A stretch of DNA of 64,000 nucleotides, from positions 67,439-131,438 of the IMG/VR virus record IMGVR_UViG_3300023174_000068; one strand, 5' to 3'. This document shows, in pieces, positions 19,571 to 30,295 of this stretch. This DNA is from a virus. Under the pieces are notes generated by a model, which was given only the letters and a program-made list of their open reading frames with translations, was not told the origin of the DNA and ran no database searches. The stretch's first letter is position 1. Each line of letters starts with the position of its first letter. Position numbers and translations under genes: made by a program.

Positions 19571-20004
19571 AATTTTATAAATTTGAAACAGACCACACGC
19601 AACTAGAAATCGACAGAATTATTATCAATATGACATTAATCGAAGCCGATCAGATTGATAAACTATTTAGAAGAATAGACTGTGTTGAATATACTGATAA
19701 GGACGGTAATGAATGTATGTTTGCTATTTTGAACAATTTTGATTTTGACATCCTTTGTAGTGTTTATGATAAATACTGTATAAAATATAAATTCTTTGAT
19801 TTATCCGAAAAAGTGCTTTTTGACTTTGCGGTCGATACTAAATTCAAAAACTCAAATAATTTTTCTGTATCTCTTAAATTAAAAAAACTAATGAAAAACT
19901 ATCGAAGAGATTGGCTGACAACAGACGTGGTTTTAGATAAAATACTAAGTCTAGGAATTGAAAGTCTAAATGATTTTGACTACGTTATATTAAAGCGGCA
20001 TTAA
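19567..20004 (+). CDS. hypothetical protein with a C-terminal DUF6576-like motif
   Basis: DVVLDKILSLGIESLNDFDYVIL. Confidence 0.55.
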   Translation: MKFYKFETDHTQLEIDRIIINMTLIEADQIDKLFRRIDCVEYTDKDGNECMFAILNNFDFDILCSVYDKYCIKYKFFDLSEKVLFDFAVDTKFKNSNNFSVSLKLKKLMKNYRRDWLTTDVVLDKILSLGIESLNDFDYVILKRH

Positions 20005-21641
20005 AATTCAAATTCACCACCACCTTCTTCAGCAGGCGGTGTTTCTTCGGCTGGTGCTTCAGCTGGAGCTTCTTCCGTTGTAGATTGACCACCTCCTTCA
20101 GCAGCACCCTCAGCAGCACCTTCGCCACCACCCTCGCCTCCAGCACTAGACTCTGCTCTTGCCCAATATCTTTGGTTTTCGGCCTTTTCTTCAGGTGTTA
20201 ATTTGAAAACGTAGTCCATAATCCACTCAATATGGAAGTAAGGTTTGTCTCCGTTCATTATCCCAGTAAGAGTTGTTATCGCCTCGGCTCTTTTTGATAA
20301 AGTATTAATTTTTTTCCAATCTTCGAAAACCTGATTTGTATAAAATATAACATCTACCGAGTTTAGGAAAACTTCGTCTTCTTTGAGTTCTGGAAACTCA
20401 ATTAACATTTGTAGTTTAAGTGGCTTAACTATAATTTCTTTAAATATTGTTCTAAGCCTCATAATAAAGTTATGGAATTTGATTTCATCTCTGGTCATCT
20501 CAGCAGCATCAGTAATCAGATTTCCACCACCTCCTTCGGCTTCTAATCTTGTAAGGGGAATCTTAGAAGCTCTTTTAAGTGCTTGGTGAAACCACTTTAA
20601 CATTGTTTCTTCGTTAAGGTCATGACCCTGTGGACCAACTAATTCCATTTGAGGCGTTCCAGCGTCCCCTTCAGGGAACCAAACTTGTTTGTTATATGGT
20701 AAGTGCTTTGAACCGTTTATAGATAGTGTACCTAAGGTATCATCCCACTCGACTTCTTCAGAATAATCTTGTATCAATTGTCCGATTTGTTCTTCGGCTC
20801 TTTGTCTTGATAGACCCTTTACCGGGATAACAAATTTTTGATAGATTGTAGCATTAATAACGTTATACATTATTCTTGTTTGTTCAAGAATTTTTAATTG
20901 ATTGTATGGTTTGATTAAGCCTTCTACATAAGAAGTTTCTGAATAATCGTTTTGTGTAGAGTAAGATATAAATACAATTTGTGAATCTAAAAATATTCTC
21001 CTCAACTGAGGATCTTCTGGAAATTGAATCCAAAGGTGGCCAACGTTCGGTTCATAGGCAGGTACTAAAGTTTCTGGTCTTAGCCGGTTAAAACCTACGA
21101 TATTCTTTTTCTTATCATCATAGATGAATTCTATTGCTAAGTATCCATCTATTAAAAAATCTCTCATCATTTGCCAGGCTGTGATACTATCAGCAAATCC
21201 AAACTTGTTATAAATCTTTTCAAAATATTCAATATATTTATCTTGTATTTCTTGTGGATAATCCGAAGGTATTGGCCTTGGTGAGCAAAAGTCTCTAGTA
21301 TCATTATAGACAATTGATTCATCTGATATCGCGCTAACGAAATCTCGTATTTCATCTTTAATTGAATATTCCCTTAAAATCCTTCTTTTATCAGCATAGG
21401 CTTTATCTAAATATGGTATAGATTTTCTATTAAGAACAGAGGCGACTGCTCGTTGTGAAAAAAAATCATACATTGAATTTCCACGAGCTGAATAAGGGTC
21501 TTCGTTGATTCCTATACCGACTTGATTTCTAATAATCATGTCGTCGTAGTTCATACCGTAGTTAGAAAGAGTTCTAAGGATTCTACTAAATAAACCCCTA
21601 TTTTCTACAGGAGAGTTTAATCCTAAGTTATTATCAGCCAT
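20001..21641 (-). CDS. portal protein, gp20-like
   Basis: RDFLIDG, SYVEGLIKPYNQLKILE, KIPLTRL, EMTRDEIKFHNFIMRLR; acidic tail. Confidence 0.9.
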   Translation of the reverse strand: MADNNLGLNSPVENRGLFSRILRTLSNYGMNYDDMIIRNQVGIGINEDPYSARGNSMYDFFSQRAVASVLNRKSIPYLDKAYADKRRILREYSIKDEIRDFVSAISDESIVYNDTRDFCSPRPIPSDYPQEIQDKYIEYFEKIYNKFGFADSITAWQMMRDFLIDGYLAIEFIYDDKKKNIVGFNRLRPETLVPAYEPNVGHLWIQFPEDPQLRRIFLDSQIVFISYSTQNDYSETSYVEGLIKPYNQLKILEQTRIMYNVINATIYQKFVIPVKGLSRQRAEEQIGQLIQDYSEEVEWDDTLGTLSINGSKHLPYNKQVWFPEGDAGTPQMELVGPQGHDLNEETMLKWFHQALKRASKIPLTRLEAEGGGGNLITDAAEMTRDEIKFHNFIMRLRTIFKEIIVKPLKLQMLIEFPELKEDEVFLNSVDVIFYTNQVFEDWKKINTLSKRAEAITTLTGIMNGDKPYFHIEWIMDYVFKLTPEEKAENQRYWARAESSAGGEGGGEGAAEGAAEGGGQSTTEEAPAEAPAEETPPAEEGGGEFEF

Positions 21642-21695
21642 CTGGGTTAGTCAAAATTTAAGATTATATATAAAAAAGATATGTTCCTAAAAAAA

Positions 21696-22346
21696 TTAAT
21701 TTTTAGGTGTAATTGTTATAACAGCTGATATTTCACCCCATGCATCTGGTTCTGAAATGTTTTTTTCAATATTGAATTTTGAAAAATCAATACCTCTAAA
21801 AAGACCATTCCACTTTCTATCTGTGTAAACACCGGGTCCGAAACCATTACACCTTACAGTAATTGTCATGGTATCTTTATCAAATTTTTTGGTCATTCCA
21901 TTAGAAAAATCACTTTTCGCAACAGAAGTCCTTTTGTTCATTTCGTTATAAAGTTTTTGCATGGTAAAAAGGTCACCCCCTACCTTAGCATTTTGAATGA
22001 AACAAACAACGGTACCCCATTTCCAGATAGAACTGATAGAAACTTGCACACTCTCTAATCGGTTTTTAAGTGCTATAAGTTCATCTAGGAATTCCCAGAA
22101 TTTATCATCCGTTATCATTTCGGTATATCCACCCATTGGTGCGGTTTTGAATGCATTCCTAAATGTAATATTCATAGAAGTAAATCCTTCATATTCACCC
22201 TCAGTAATTGTTCTAGGACCTTCGAAAGAATATTCTATATCTAAATCTTTAATAGGAATCAACATCTCATCCAATTCCTCCTGAGAGAAGTCACTGATAT
22301 CTTGTGATTCATTTAAATGTTGTAAAAATTTGTGTAAATATTTCAT
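21696..22346 (-). CDS. hypothetical protein with a CTS-like N-terminus
   Basis: MKYLHKFLQHLNES. Confidence 0.6.
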   Translation of the reverse strand: MKYLHKFLQHLNESQDISDFSQEELDEMLIPIKDLDIEYSFEGPRTITEGEYEGFTSMNITFRNAFKTAPMGGYTEMITDDKFWEFLDELIALKNRLESVQVSISSIWKWGTVVCFIQNAKVGGDLFTMQKLYNEMNKRTSVAKSDFSNGMTKKFDKDTMTITVRCNGFGPGVYTDRKWNGLFRGIDFSKFNIEKNISEPDAWGEISAVITITPKN

Positions 22347-23044
22347 TATTTATTCTTGAGTTTTTTATCAAGTAGTTTCGCCAAATGGTCTCCAATAAAA
22401 TAGTGCATGTTCTTTAATGTATCGGTCTCAAAAGTCACTATCTCATCCATAAATTTAAATTGGTATTTATAGGCATCAACTTCTTCTTCTTCACCTCGTT
22501 CTACTTTCCAAATAGTCAACTCTACATCGTAATTATTGTTGATGTTTATTTTAAAATCAAAAGTAGTTTTATCACACGGGGTAGTCTTAAACTTAGGTTG
22601 GTATTGGACTTCAAAAATAGAATAATCAGTAATTTTTGCCCTTCTCATATAGTAATTAAGAAACATAGCAGGTGCTTCAACAAAGTCAGATAATATCTGT
22701 AGATCTTCACCAAAGTCTCGAGATTTAATTATATCCAACACTTTTTCTTTAAGATTTATTAGATTTTTAAATTCAATTTTGTGATAGACGCAGTTAATGT
22801 CAAAAAGGTAAATAAAGTCATTTTCAATCAATAACTTTTTATCTATATCAACTTTAAATATAAACTTTGTATGTATGATAGAAACGTCTTCAGTTTCTAA
22901 GTCCTGTATAGAAACCACCATTTTGTAAAATTTCTGGTCTGAACTAATTTCATAAACTATATCAACCGACGAGGCTCTAGCATCTTCGTCTTCTGAAAAC
23001 ATATCTCTGAAAACTTCCTGAACTTCACTAACTTTTAACTCCAT
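22346..23044 (-). CDS. hypothetical protein
   Basis: 232-aa ORF, translationally coupled to the downstream gene. Confidence 0.6.
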   Translation of the reverse strand: MELKVSEVQEVFRDMFSEDEDARASSVDIVYEISSDQKFYKMVVSIQDLETEDVSIIHTKFIFKVDIDKKLLIENDFIYLFDINCVYHKIEFKNLINLKEKVLDIIKSRDFGEDLQILSDFVEAPAMFLNYYMRRAKITDYSIFEVQYQPKFKTTPCDKTTFDFKININNNYDVELTIWKVERGEEEEVDAYKYQFKFMDEIVTFETDTLKNMHYFIGDHLAKLLDKKLKNK

Positions 23045-23048
23045 AATC

Positions 23049-23813
23049 TTATTTAAATTGACTATCGTATAATTTTCTTTTAAGTTCCATAAAGCGGTCT
23101 ATATAACCGTTTCTTCTTAGTAATTTAAAAATTAGATTACCAATTGAGAACTCACCACTTTCTGATTCAAGTCCGCTTTTTCTATAATCTTTGATTTTGT
23201 TCCAGACCTTTTTTATTCTATTTTCTAATTGACTGAATTCTTTGGTTTTCGAGTCTTCCTCAATTTCATCAATTAACATCATTAGTACTTTGGACTTTTC
23301 TTTTATCATTCGTTCATTGGGTTTGAATTCAATTTTTTCAGGTATCTTTATCCATTTATTATTTTTTAGTGAAAAAACACCACCCATTTTTCCATCTTCG
23401 ATTTCTTGTAGCATAACATCAGAATCTTGAATAGCAATCTCAACATCATATCCCTTTATTTTAATCTGATGAAGTGTATTCCACATTTTTTTTGCCAAAT
23501 CACATAAATTTTCTACTAATTCATATTCATCATCAACATCGATGAAGTCAATAATTATATGTAAATCAAAGTCAGAATATTTTTCGGACCAATTATAATT
23601 ACAAAGAGAACCACAAAGCACAATATCTTTTATTTTGGCTTGTAGGTCGCATCCTTCATAAAAATCTTTTGCAATAGTTATTAATTGCTTTCTTACCTGG
23701 TTATCAATCTCGAAGTCGTTCCATAACTTAGGGTTAAGGTCGTCTTGTAACCTAAATGATTTAATTGGAACAAATGCTCCTCTTTTTAGCTCATTAATCT
23801 TACTTATTCGCAT
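23049..23813 (-). CDS. Pol-beta superfamily nucleotidyltransferase
   Basis: GSLCNYNWSEKYSDFDLHII (GS...DxD) plus a third acidic residue in DVEI. Confidence 0.75.
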   Translation of the reverse strand: MRISKINELKRGAFVPIKSFRLQDDLNPKLWNDFEIDNQVRKQLITIAKDFYEGCDLQAKIKDIVLCGSLCNYNWSEKYSDFDLHIIIDFIDVDDEYELVENLCDLAKKMWNTLHQIKIKGYDVEIAIQDSDVMLQEIEDGKMGGVFSLKNNKWIKIPEKIEFKPNERMIKEKSKVLMMLIDEIEEDSKTKEFSQLENRIKKVWNKIKDYRKSGLESESGEFSIGNLIFKLLRRNGYIDRFMELKRKLYDSQFK

Positions 23814-23847
23814 AGTTATATGGTATTTGTAAGATATATATTAAAAA

Positions 23848-24981
23848 TCAATATATGATTTTGTTAATCTGTTCTATAACCATATCAGAAGTAATGGCCT
23901 TTGTACATTCAAATTGCCTTTGTGTGCCTCTGTGAATTGGACACCAGTTCCAATCAGAAGCATTTAGTCGGTGGCTATTAAAACATGAATTACAAACCGA
24001 CTTATTTATCACTCGAAGGGTTTTATCGGTGGTTTCAGAGTAAGTGTCGCTAAATCCTGAAATCAAAATGACTGGTAAATCACAAGCCCACGCTAACCAA
24101 CTAAGTCCTGATCCAAGACCAATAAAAAATTGGCAAGTTTCTAAGTCAGATATCAATTGGTCCAAACTTTGAGCTGCGAATTTTTTTGCTCGTAGTGGTT
24201 GCTTATTTCCCATATAACCGTCTTCTTCTCGTGAGTAAATAACAACTTCATACCCTAAGGAATTTAAGTAATCCACTACCTGTTGCCAACCGTCGGGGTT
24301 GTTCCAATATTTAGCCTGTGCGGTGGAATGAATTCCGATTCCTACTTTTTTAAGTTTCTGTGGACGTTTTAAATTTAAAACCGGTCTAATTTCTTGTGGA
24401 TCTAAACCCAAAATATCAGACGCGGTTTGTTGAAGTGAAGTTTTTCTAAAATCTTTTGGATTTTTATTGAAGTCCGGTTCATCGCCGTCATAAAACCAAC
24501 CAATTCTATACTGAGCATAAATATTATGAACAACTTCTCCAGGGTTGACAAATTCAATATCCGAGTAGTCTAATTTAAATAATTCGTTCAAAAATGTTGA
24601 AACCACCACCTGACAATTATGTTTTTTTCTAAACTCTTCGACATATGGAAACCAGGCTATTGTGTCTCCAAGTGATTTTGATTCCAGACTGATAAATATT
24701 TTTTTATCTGTTAGATCTTGTTTGTAACTCCAGACTACTTCACCAGATACATTCTCCAACTTAAGAGTCCATATCGTGAAGTATTTTTTATTGGCCTTAG
24801 CCCACATACCGTTTGATATTTTTGTTCTAAAAAGAAGAATATCACCACTGAACATGTTAATAAAATATTCCGAATCAGGAAAATTATTTATCTCGACAAA
24901 AGGACCATCTACAAAGTTTATATTTACAGACGGACTGGGAAGCCTTATTATGTCGTCTCTTTTTTGGATATTGTTATACAT
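23848..24981 (-). CDS. autotransporter-type O-heptosyltransferase (Aah/TibC-like, GT-B fold)
   Basis: SKSLGDTIAWFPY, STAQAKYWNNPDGW, FFIGLGSGLSWLAWA, VILISGFS, CNSCFN...WCP...FECTKAI Cys cluster. Confidence 0.85.
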   Translation of the reverse strand: MYNNIQKRDDIIRLPSPSVNINFVDGPFVEINNFPDSEYFINMFSGDILLFRTKISNGMWAKANKKYFTIWTLKLENVSGEVVWSYKQDLTDKKIFISLESKSLGDTIAWFPYVEEFRKKHNCQVVVSTFLNELFKLDYSDIEFVNPGEVVHNIYAQYRIGWFYDGDEPDFNKNPKDFRKTSLQQTASDILGLDPQEIRPVLNLKRPQKLKKVGIGIHSTAQAKYWNNPDGWQQVVDYLNSLGYEVVIYSREEDGYMGNKQPLRAKKFAAQSLDQLISDLETCQFFIGLGSGLSWLAWACDLPVILISGFSDTYSETTDKTLRVINKSVCNSCFNSHRLNASDWNWCPIHRGTQRQFECTKAITSDMVIEQINKIIY

Positions 24982-24996
24982 GAGTTATTTATTTTT

Positions 24997-25938
24997 TTAG
25001 ATTCCTAATACGTTACAAATATTTGTAAGATTTTGATGTTGGTCTGTTGTTATTTGATTTGTTTGCTCCATAAGACTTTCACTATAAGTTGGTAATTGTT
25101 TTAGAAATATTGGTAATTTAAAACTTTGGGCTTCTTTAACCGAAATCGGATTTAACTCTAAATTAGAGGGAAAATAAAATAAATCAGCCGCTTTATAAAA
25201 GTCATCGACATCATTTCTTTCGCCGTGTATAACGCAGTTCCCTGGTAATTGGTGCATCAACGGTCGCCAATATTCACTGAAGTTGACTGCTTGATTTCCA
25301 ACAAAGTGAAACTGTATTGGTAATTCTTTAATCTGGGATAATCTTGCCAGTTCTATGAGTTCAGATTGATTTTTACCAGGAGTAAATAGACCAACGTTAA
25401 GCACATGTTTTATTTTAGGGTTAAAGTTGAGTTTTTCTTTGAAGGAATTTTTATCAAAATCTATATGTTGTATTGGATATTCCCAAACTTCAGCGTCAAT
25501 ATCCTGAACTTCAGTCTTAAATTTTTTTAATGACCACTCCGATACTAATATGAATTTATCTGCTAAGTAGGTTAGTGTCTTAAAATCCGTTTGTGATGAG
25601 TGTGTGGTTACAACAATTTTCCAAGTTCTGTTTTGATCATATATTGAATTTAGTATGTCTCTATTTATAAATGTCTCTGGTATCTCTTCGAAGTGGATTA
25701 CATCAGGATTTATCAAGGATATAATGTTTAAAACATCAGATTTTTGACTACTTAGTGAGTAAAAATTTTGTTGTAATAAGTTTTTTATTCTATCTCTTTG
25801 AACAACATACTTACCTCCGGTGATATCAGTCCACTCAACCACAGAAAATTGTATATCTTTTAAAGTCTCTAATTTTTTTAGAAGATACTGAGGTTGGCCT
25901 CCAGTTGATAAATGCGGAGTAATAATTAAGACCTTCAT
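24997..25938 (-). CDS. glycosyltransferase (GT4-like)
   Basis: PHLSTGGQPQ, NVGLFTPGKNQ, DLFYFPSNLELNPISVKEA. Confidence 0.8.
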   Translation of the reverse strand: MKVLIITPHLSTGGQPQYLLKKLETLKDIQFSVVEWTDITGGKYVVQRDRIKNLLQQNFYSLSSQKSDVLNIISLINPDVIHFEEIPETFINRDILNSIYDQNRTWKIVVTTHSSQTDFKTLTYLADKFILVSEWSLKKFKTEVQDIDAEVWEYPIQHIDFDKNSFKEKLNFNPKIKHVLNVGLFTPGKNQSELIELARLSQIKELPIQFHFVGNQAVNFSEYWRPLMHQLPGNCVIHGERNDVDDFYKAADLFYFPSNLELNPISVKEAQSFKLPIFLKQLPTYSESLMEQTNQITTDQHQNLTNICNVLGI

Positions 25939-25994
25939 TTTTTATCTCTTATACAAAAAAACAAAGTTAGTGTTTAGTAAGAGATTGATTTTTT

Positions 25995-28900
25995 CTAAGA
26001 CCAAATTTGAATGTAGCCAAGAAGCGCTGTGTAGTCGTTAGACGTTGTGCTATTCATTATCAATTGGAAATCCCCACCGGTAAACGAAGTAACATCAATC
26101 GGAGTGGATGCATCAGATAACGCGTATCTGTAGTATGTACCATTATTTGCGCACCACCCTATCGAATAGCAACAATAAGCGTTTCCCGCAGTTATAAAAA
26201 TTTCCCCAAAAATTTCAGATGGATGTCCATTTGCTTGAGTACCCGTAGTTGTGGTGGTAGTAAGAGTATCTGTGCCAAATTTTGTTGTTATTGAGACAGT
26301 AGGATTATTATCAGCGGATCCCCATTTCCCAGTGACTCTAAAATGGATGATTTTAGCGTTGTAGTTGATACTATCAGTAAAGAATTGAAGTGGGAAGTTT
26401 CTTGTGCCAAAATTTGATAAACCACCCATTAAATCTTTTGAAACTCCAACAGTATAGTTAATTATGTTTGTTCTAGAATACATCGTTCTCATAGCAACGG
26501 TATGCAAAGTATCGACATTGGGAGTTGAAGAATTTAAAGAAGCACTTGTTCCACTTGTTCCGTTGGTTCCAGAAGACCCCGAGGTTCCGCTTGTAGTACC
26601 TTGGAGTAGATAGGTTACTTGTGTAACTCGTAGTGAAGCAGATGGATTCTCTGGTCTTGCGGGACCAGATTGAGTTCCTGAAGTATATAAAACGAAGTTT
26701 ATGTTTTGAGAGGACCAATATATCTCAAAGTAGTCATTTGAGTTGCACTGAACTAACCAATTAAGTGATGTTATATTCTGTTGGTTAGCATTCGAAACGG
26801 TTAATTCGGATCTGGACCAGGTAACACCGACTCCATTTTTTTCTAACCAGAATTCTATATTACCTAAACCCGGTAGCAGTTTTGTAAGTTGTAACTCAAG
26901 TGTTAACTCGTAAGTTCCACCATTAGATATTAAAACTTGTGAGTTGTTTGAAATTGAGACACCGTTTGAGAATTCTGTAGAGTTGAATGATATTGCGTTT
27001 GCAGCAGTAGCACCAGCATTACTTTGAACAGTGGTATCAAAGAAATGACCGTAATAAGCGTCTATTGGTACCCCAGATGTTCCCGAAGAACCCGATGTAC
27101 CATTTACACCGGAAGTTCCAGAAGTTCCACTTATTCCCGATGTTCCGTTTCCAGAAGTTCCCGACGTGCCACTAATTCCAGAGGTTCCAGAAACGCCAGA
27201 GGTTCCTGATGTTCCATTTATTCCAGAAGTTCCAGAAACGCCAGAGGTTCCTGATGTTCCATTTATTCCAGAAGTTCCAGAAACGCCAGAGGTTCCTGAT
27301 GTTCCATTTATTCCAGAAGTTCCAGAAACGCCAGAGGTTCCTGATGTTCCATTTATTCCAGAAGTTCCCGACGAACCAGAAACGCCAGAGGACCCAGAGG
27401 TTCCACTTAGTCCTGATGTGCCGTTAATTCCAGAAGTTCCTGATGTGCCGTTAATTCCAGAAGTCCCAGACGAACCAGAAACACCCGAAGTTCCTGATGT
27501 TCCACTGATACCGGTGCCACCAGTTCCGATTAGCGCTATTTGAGAATCAACGTAGAATTTGGTTATTAAAGACTGTGAAACAAAAGTTCCCGTGTAATCC
27601 TGTGTATATTCTAAACCTCTCAGATTGCCAACTGTGATAGAGGCAGTTTGCGAGGATATCGAAAAATTGTTATTTGATGTTAAATCTAGACTATCAAAAC
27701 TTATTAAATCAATAGAATCTCCGTATAAGTCTATATTTCCAGAGTTGGAGTCAACTAAAAAGACACCACCATCTAATTGAACATCGACTACAGACCCAGA
27801 CATTGATAGGTTAGAAAAGTCATTAATATTTAAGTCATATCCATTTGCATTTATTGTAGTATTTTGGGATAAAGTGCCTCCTAAAATAATTCGTCCTGAA
27901 TCAAGAGATAATCCATTATCTATGTCTATCCATTGAAAATCTCCCGACCCGTCGTTAGATAACAGATAACCTGCTGTAGCACCTCCATTTAATCCGGTAT
28001 TTAATTTAGAAGCAGTTAATGAACCGTCTATGACCTGTGCAGAAGCCGAAGGTCCAAAGATTGTATTAGATTGGGTAAATTGAATTGTAGCGGTGTTTGC
28101 AAATTGCGTGTTAGAAGGAGTTCCAGTAGTAAGTGAAATTAGAGCCAAGCTCCCAAAGTTAGAAAATGTCCCTCCACTCATAACTAAATTTCCATTAGCA
28201 ATAACAACTTGTCCATAATTAACCAATGTTCCAACTATCTCTAAATCAGCGTAAACCCAATACTGATAATGAGGTGGCACAACGATATAGTCAAAAGAAT
28301 CTACATAGTATTTTACATTAAAAAGGTCTTCATTATTATAGGGTCTATTTAACTGAAAATAAGTCCCATCGTAAACCAAACTATAGACTACATTAGCAAC
28401 GATATCATAAGGATTTAGTGAAACTAGTCCACTCTGAGAGGGTTTTTTTATAATAACTGGTCCTAAGTTATTAACATTCAAGGAAGCCGTCATTCCTACG
28501 TTTGTAGCAGAGAACTTTGTGAAAAAAAGAACATCCTTAGTGTAATTATCAAATAGCGGAGATGAGTTAGCCGAATAAGTAGCCCCATTTGAGGTAGTGG
28601 CTACGATATCTCTGTTTTGACCCACTAACTCTTTATTCCAGGTTCCAAAAGGGAAAGGATATAATCCACCATAGGTTTCATATCTATAAATAGAATTGTC
28701 TTCGTTATCAACTCTTACCGACATACCATCTGTCGGTGTTGTTCCAACCCACTGACTAAGTGTAGAATTCCACTCCACTACATAGCCTGATGAGAAACTG
28801 CCCCAGTTTGGACCAGTTGGTAAGTTCCCTAAAATGTATCTATCTCCGTTTGACGGAGAGAGTGGTTCAGCATTTAGAACAGAAAGAACCGAATCAATCC

Positions 28901-29189
28901 ATTCGCCACTACCACCCGACCCAGAGCCATTAAACTGAGTCCAGTTCAAATTATCAACAATATTAGTATTAGCGAGATTATATTTTAACTGATATGTTTT
29001 ATCTTGAGAAGTGACATAAACTAACATACCCCACTCGCGACGCTCTTGTATAATGTTGTTTCTATCAGAGATTGAATTAACAGTATGTAAACCTCCTTTT
29101 ATTTCATAAGCATAAGCGGTGGCAATCCTATCATTTGAATCTGCTGGTCTTATTGAAGAGGTTATTAAAGTTCCTGTGTTTAAGCTCAT
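25995..29189 (-). CDS. large virion fibre/structural protein with SGTSG repeats
   Basis: 1064 aa, rich in S/G/T/N; DUF2793-like PSNGDRYILG; ~150-aa (S/N)GTSG repeat tract. Confidence 0.7.
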   Translation of the reverse strand: MSLNTGTLITSSIRPADSNDRIATAYAYEIKGGLHTVNSISDRNNIIQERREWGMLVYVTSQDKTYQLKYNLANTNIVDNLNWTQFNGSGSGGSGEWIDSVLSVLNAEPLSPSNGDRYILGNLPTGPNWGSFSSGYVVEWNSTLSQWVGTTPTDGMSVRVDNEDNSIYRYETYGGLYPFPFGTWNKELVGQNRDIVATTSNGATYSANSSPLFDNYTKDVLFFTKFSATNVGMTASLNVNNLGPVIIKKPSQSGLVSLNPYDIVANVVYSLVYDGTYFQLNRPYNNEDLFNVKYYVDSFDYIVVPPHYQYWVYADLEIVGTLVNYGQVVIANGNLVMSGGTFSNFGSLALISLTTGTPSNTQFANTATIQFTQSNTIFGPSASAQVIDGSLTASKLNTGLNGGATAGYLLSNDGSGDFQWIDIDNGLSLDSGRIILGGTLSQNTTINANGYDLNINDFSNLSMSGSVVDVQLDGGVFLVDSNSGNIDLYGDSIDLISFDSLDLTSNNNFSISSQTASITVGNLRGLEYTQDYTGTFVSQSLITKFYVDSQIALIGTGGTGISGTSGTSGVSGSSGTSGINGTSGTSGINGTSGLSGTSGSSGVSGSSGTSGINGTSGTSGVSGTSGINGTSGTSGVSGTSGINGTSGTSGVSGTSGINGTSGTSGVSGTSGISGTSGTSGNGTSGISGTSGTSGVNGTSGSSGTSGVPIDAYYGHFFDTTVQSNAGATAANAISFNSTEFSNGVSISNNSQVLISNGGTYELTLELQLTKLLPGLGNIEFWLEKNGVGVTWSRSELTVSNANQQNITSLNWLVQCNSNDYFEIYWSSQNINFVLYTSGTQSGPARPENPSASLRVTQVTYLLQGTTSGTSGSSGTNGTSGTSASLNSSTPNVDTLHTVAMRTMYSRTNIINYTVGVSKDLMGGLSNFGTRNFPLQFFTDSINYNAKIIHFRVTGKWGSADNNPTVSITTKFGTDTLTTTTTTGTQANGHPSEIFGEIFITAGNAYCCYSIGWCANNGTYYRYALSDASTPIDVTSFTGGDFQLIMNSTTSNDYTALLGYIQIWS
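27075..27530 (-). repeat. GTSG low-complexity coding repeat, including four near-identical 45-bp units at 27181-27360
   Basis: GAAGTTCCAGAAACGCCAGAGGTTCCTGATGTTCCATTTATTCCA repeated with period 45. Confidence 0.9.
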
Positions 29190-29199
29190 ATTCTATTTA

Positions 29200-30219
29200 T
29201 TAAATTATTTCAACGTCTACTGGTGAATTATATGCAGTGTTAGTAACCCAAACTTCATAGTCTGTCCCACTAAAACCGTGTGAGTTAACAAAAGGTGATG
29301 ATGTGCGAACCCTAGTAAACGCCGTATTAATAACTCCATTTACTTTGAATATAGGAGAGGTTGCTTGAGGAACTGTGGAAGGCCATGCAAATATTAAATA
29401 CTGACCATTTCCATTTATTGATTTATAGGTTTTTGATTTACTAACTGAAAATTCTTCTCCATATAAAACCCCATTGGCACCTGCTCCAGTAAGTGATAAT
29501 ATAGCAGAATCAGTACATAAAGAGGCTACAGAAGAAGCCGAGCCTGGATAAAGTGTTAAATTAGGATTTCCAATAGAAGTCAAATTTATCTTTCCCCAAT
29601 ATATTTTATTTTGCCAATATAAAGTTTGTGTTCCAGTAACAACATTAACACCATCTGAAACAGAAATTATAAAAGAATTACTCTCTGAGGCTGTAATTGG
29701 ACTGAGACTATGAGTAGCCGTCGAGACGTGTGACCCAGAGTATGGAGGAAACGACTTTGCCACAGAATCAACAGTCAATGTACCAGGAATAAGAGCTACA
29801 GACCCAAGAGTCACATTATAGTTAAGAGTAACTGACAAAGGAGAACCAAACTCCAACACACCACTACCTATAGAAGAAATAGAAGGCTCGGGTTGAACAT
29901 AGGGGTAAAAAACACGGTCTAAAAGTTGTTGAATAGTACCACTAAAAGTAGAACCCTGAGCTATACCTCCAACATTACCAGTATAATATGAAGGCGTTGA
30001 TGAGTTATAAGTAACAGAGGCACTACCCAGACCTGCTAAGCTCGCTGAAAAAGAATCAATTTTTTGCCACAGAGTATAAGTAACATCTCGAACATTGAAA
30101 GCATCAATAGCTCCTGAATTGTTATCCAATAAACCAAGCAACAATTCGTCTAACGTAGAAAATTCATGACTGACAGAAACAGTGGACCCGGAAACAGAGT
30201 ATGTACCAATTAAAGCCAT
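29200..30219 (-). CDS. putative virion structural protein
   Basis: S/T/G-rich beta-type sequence, directly upstream of the fibre gene, late motif upstream. Confidence 0.6.
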   Translation of the reverse strand: MALIGTYSVSGSTVSVSHEFSTLDELLLGLLDNNSGAIDAFNVRDVTYTLWQKIDSFSASLAGLGSASVTYNSSTPSYYTGNVGGIAQGSTFSGTIQQLLDRVFYPYVQPEPSISSIGSGVLEFGSPLSVTLNYNVTLGSVALIPGTLTVDSVAKSFPPYSGSHVSTATHSLSPITASESNSFIISVSDGVNVVTGTQTLYWQNKIYWGKINLTSIGNPNLTLYPGSASSVASLCTDSAILSLTGAGANGVLYGEEFSVSKSKTYKSINGNGQYLIFAWPSTVPQATSPIFKVNGVINTAFTRVRTSSPFVNSHGFSGTDYEVWVTNTAYNSPVDVEII

Positions 30220-30295
30220 TTAAAGATAAGTTTTGAGATTATATATTAAAAATGGAAACCTCAAATATAAATATTATAACATGATGTTTCATGAA

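Noticed and set aside
27166-27543. Plus-strand ORFs with VPE/PDV repeats
   Set aside because: Antisense shadows of the SGTSG repeat in the fibre gene
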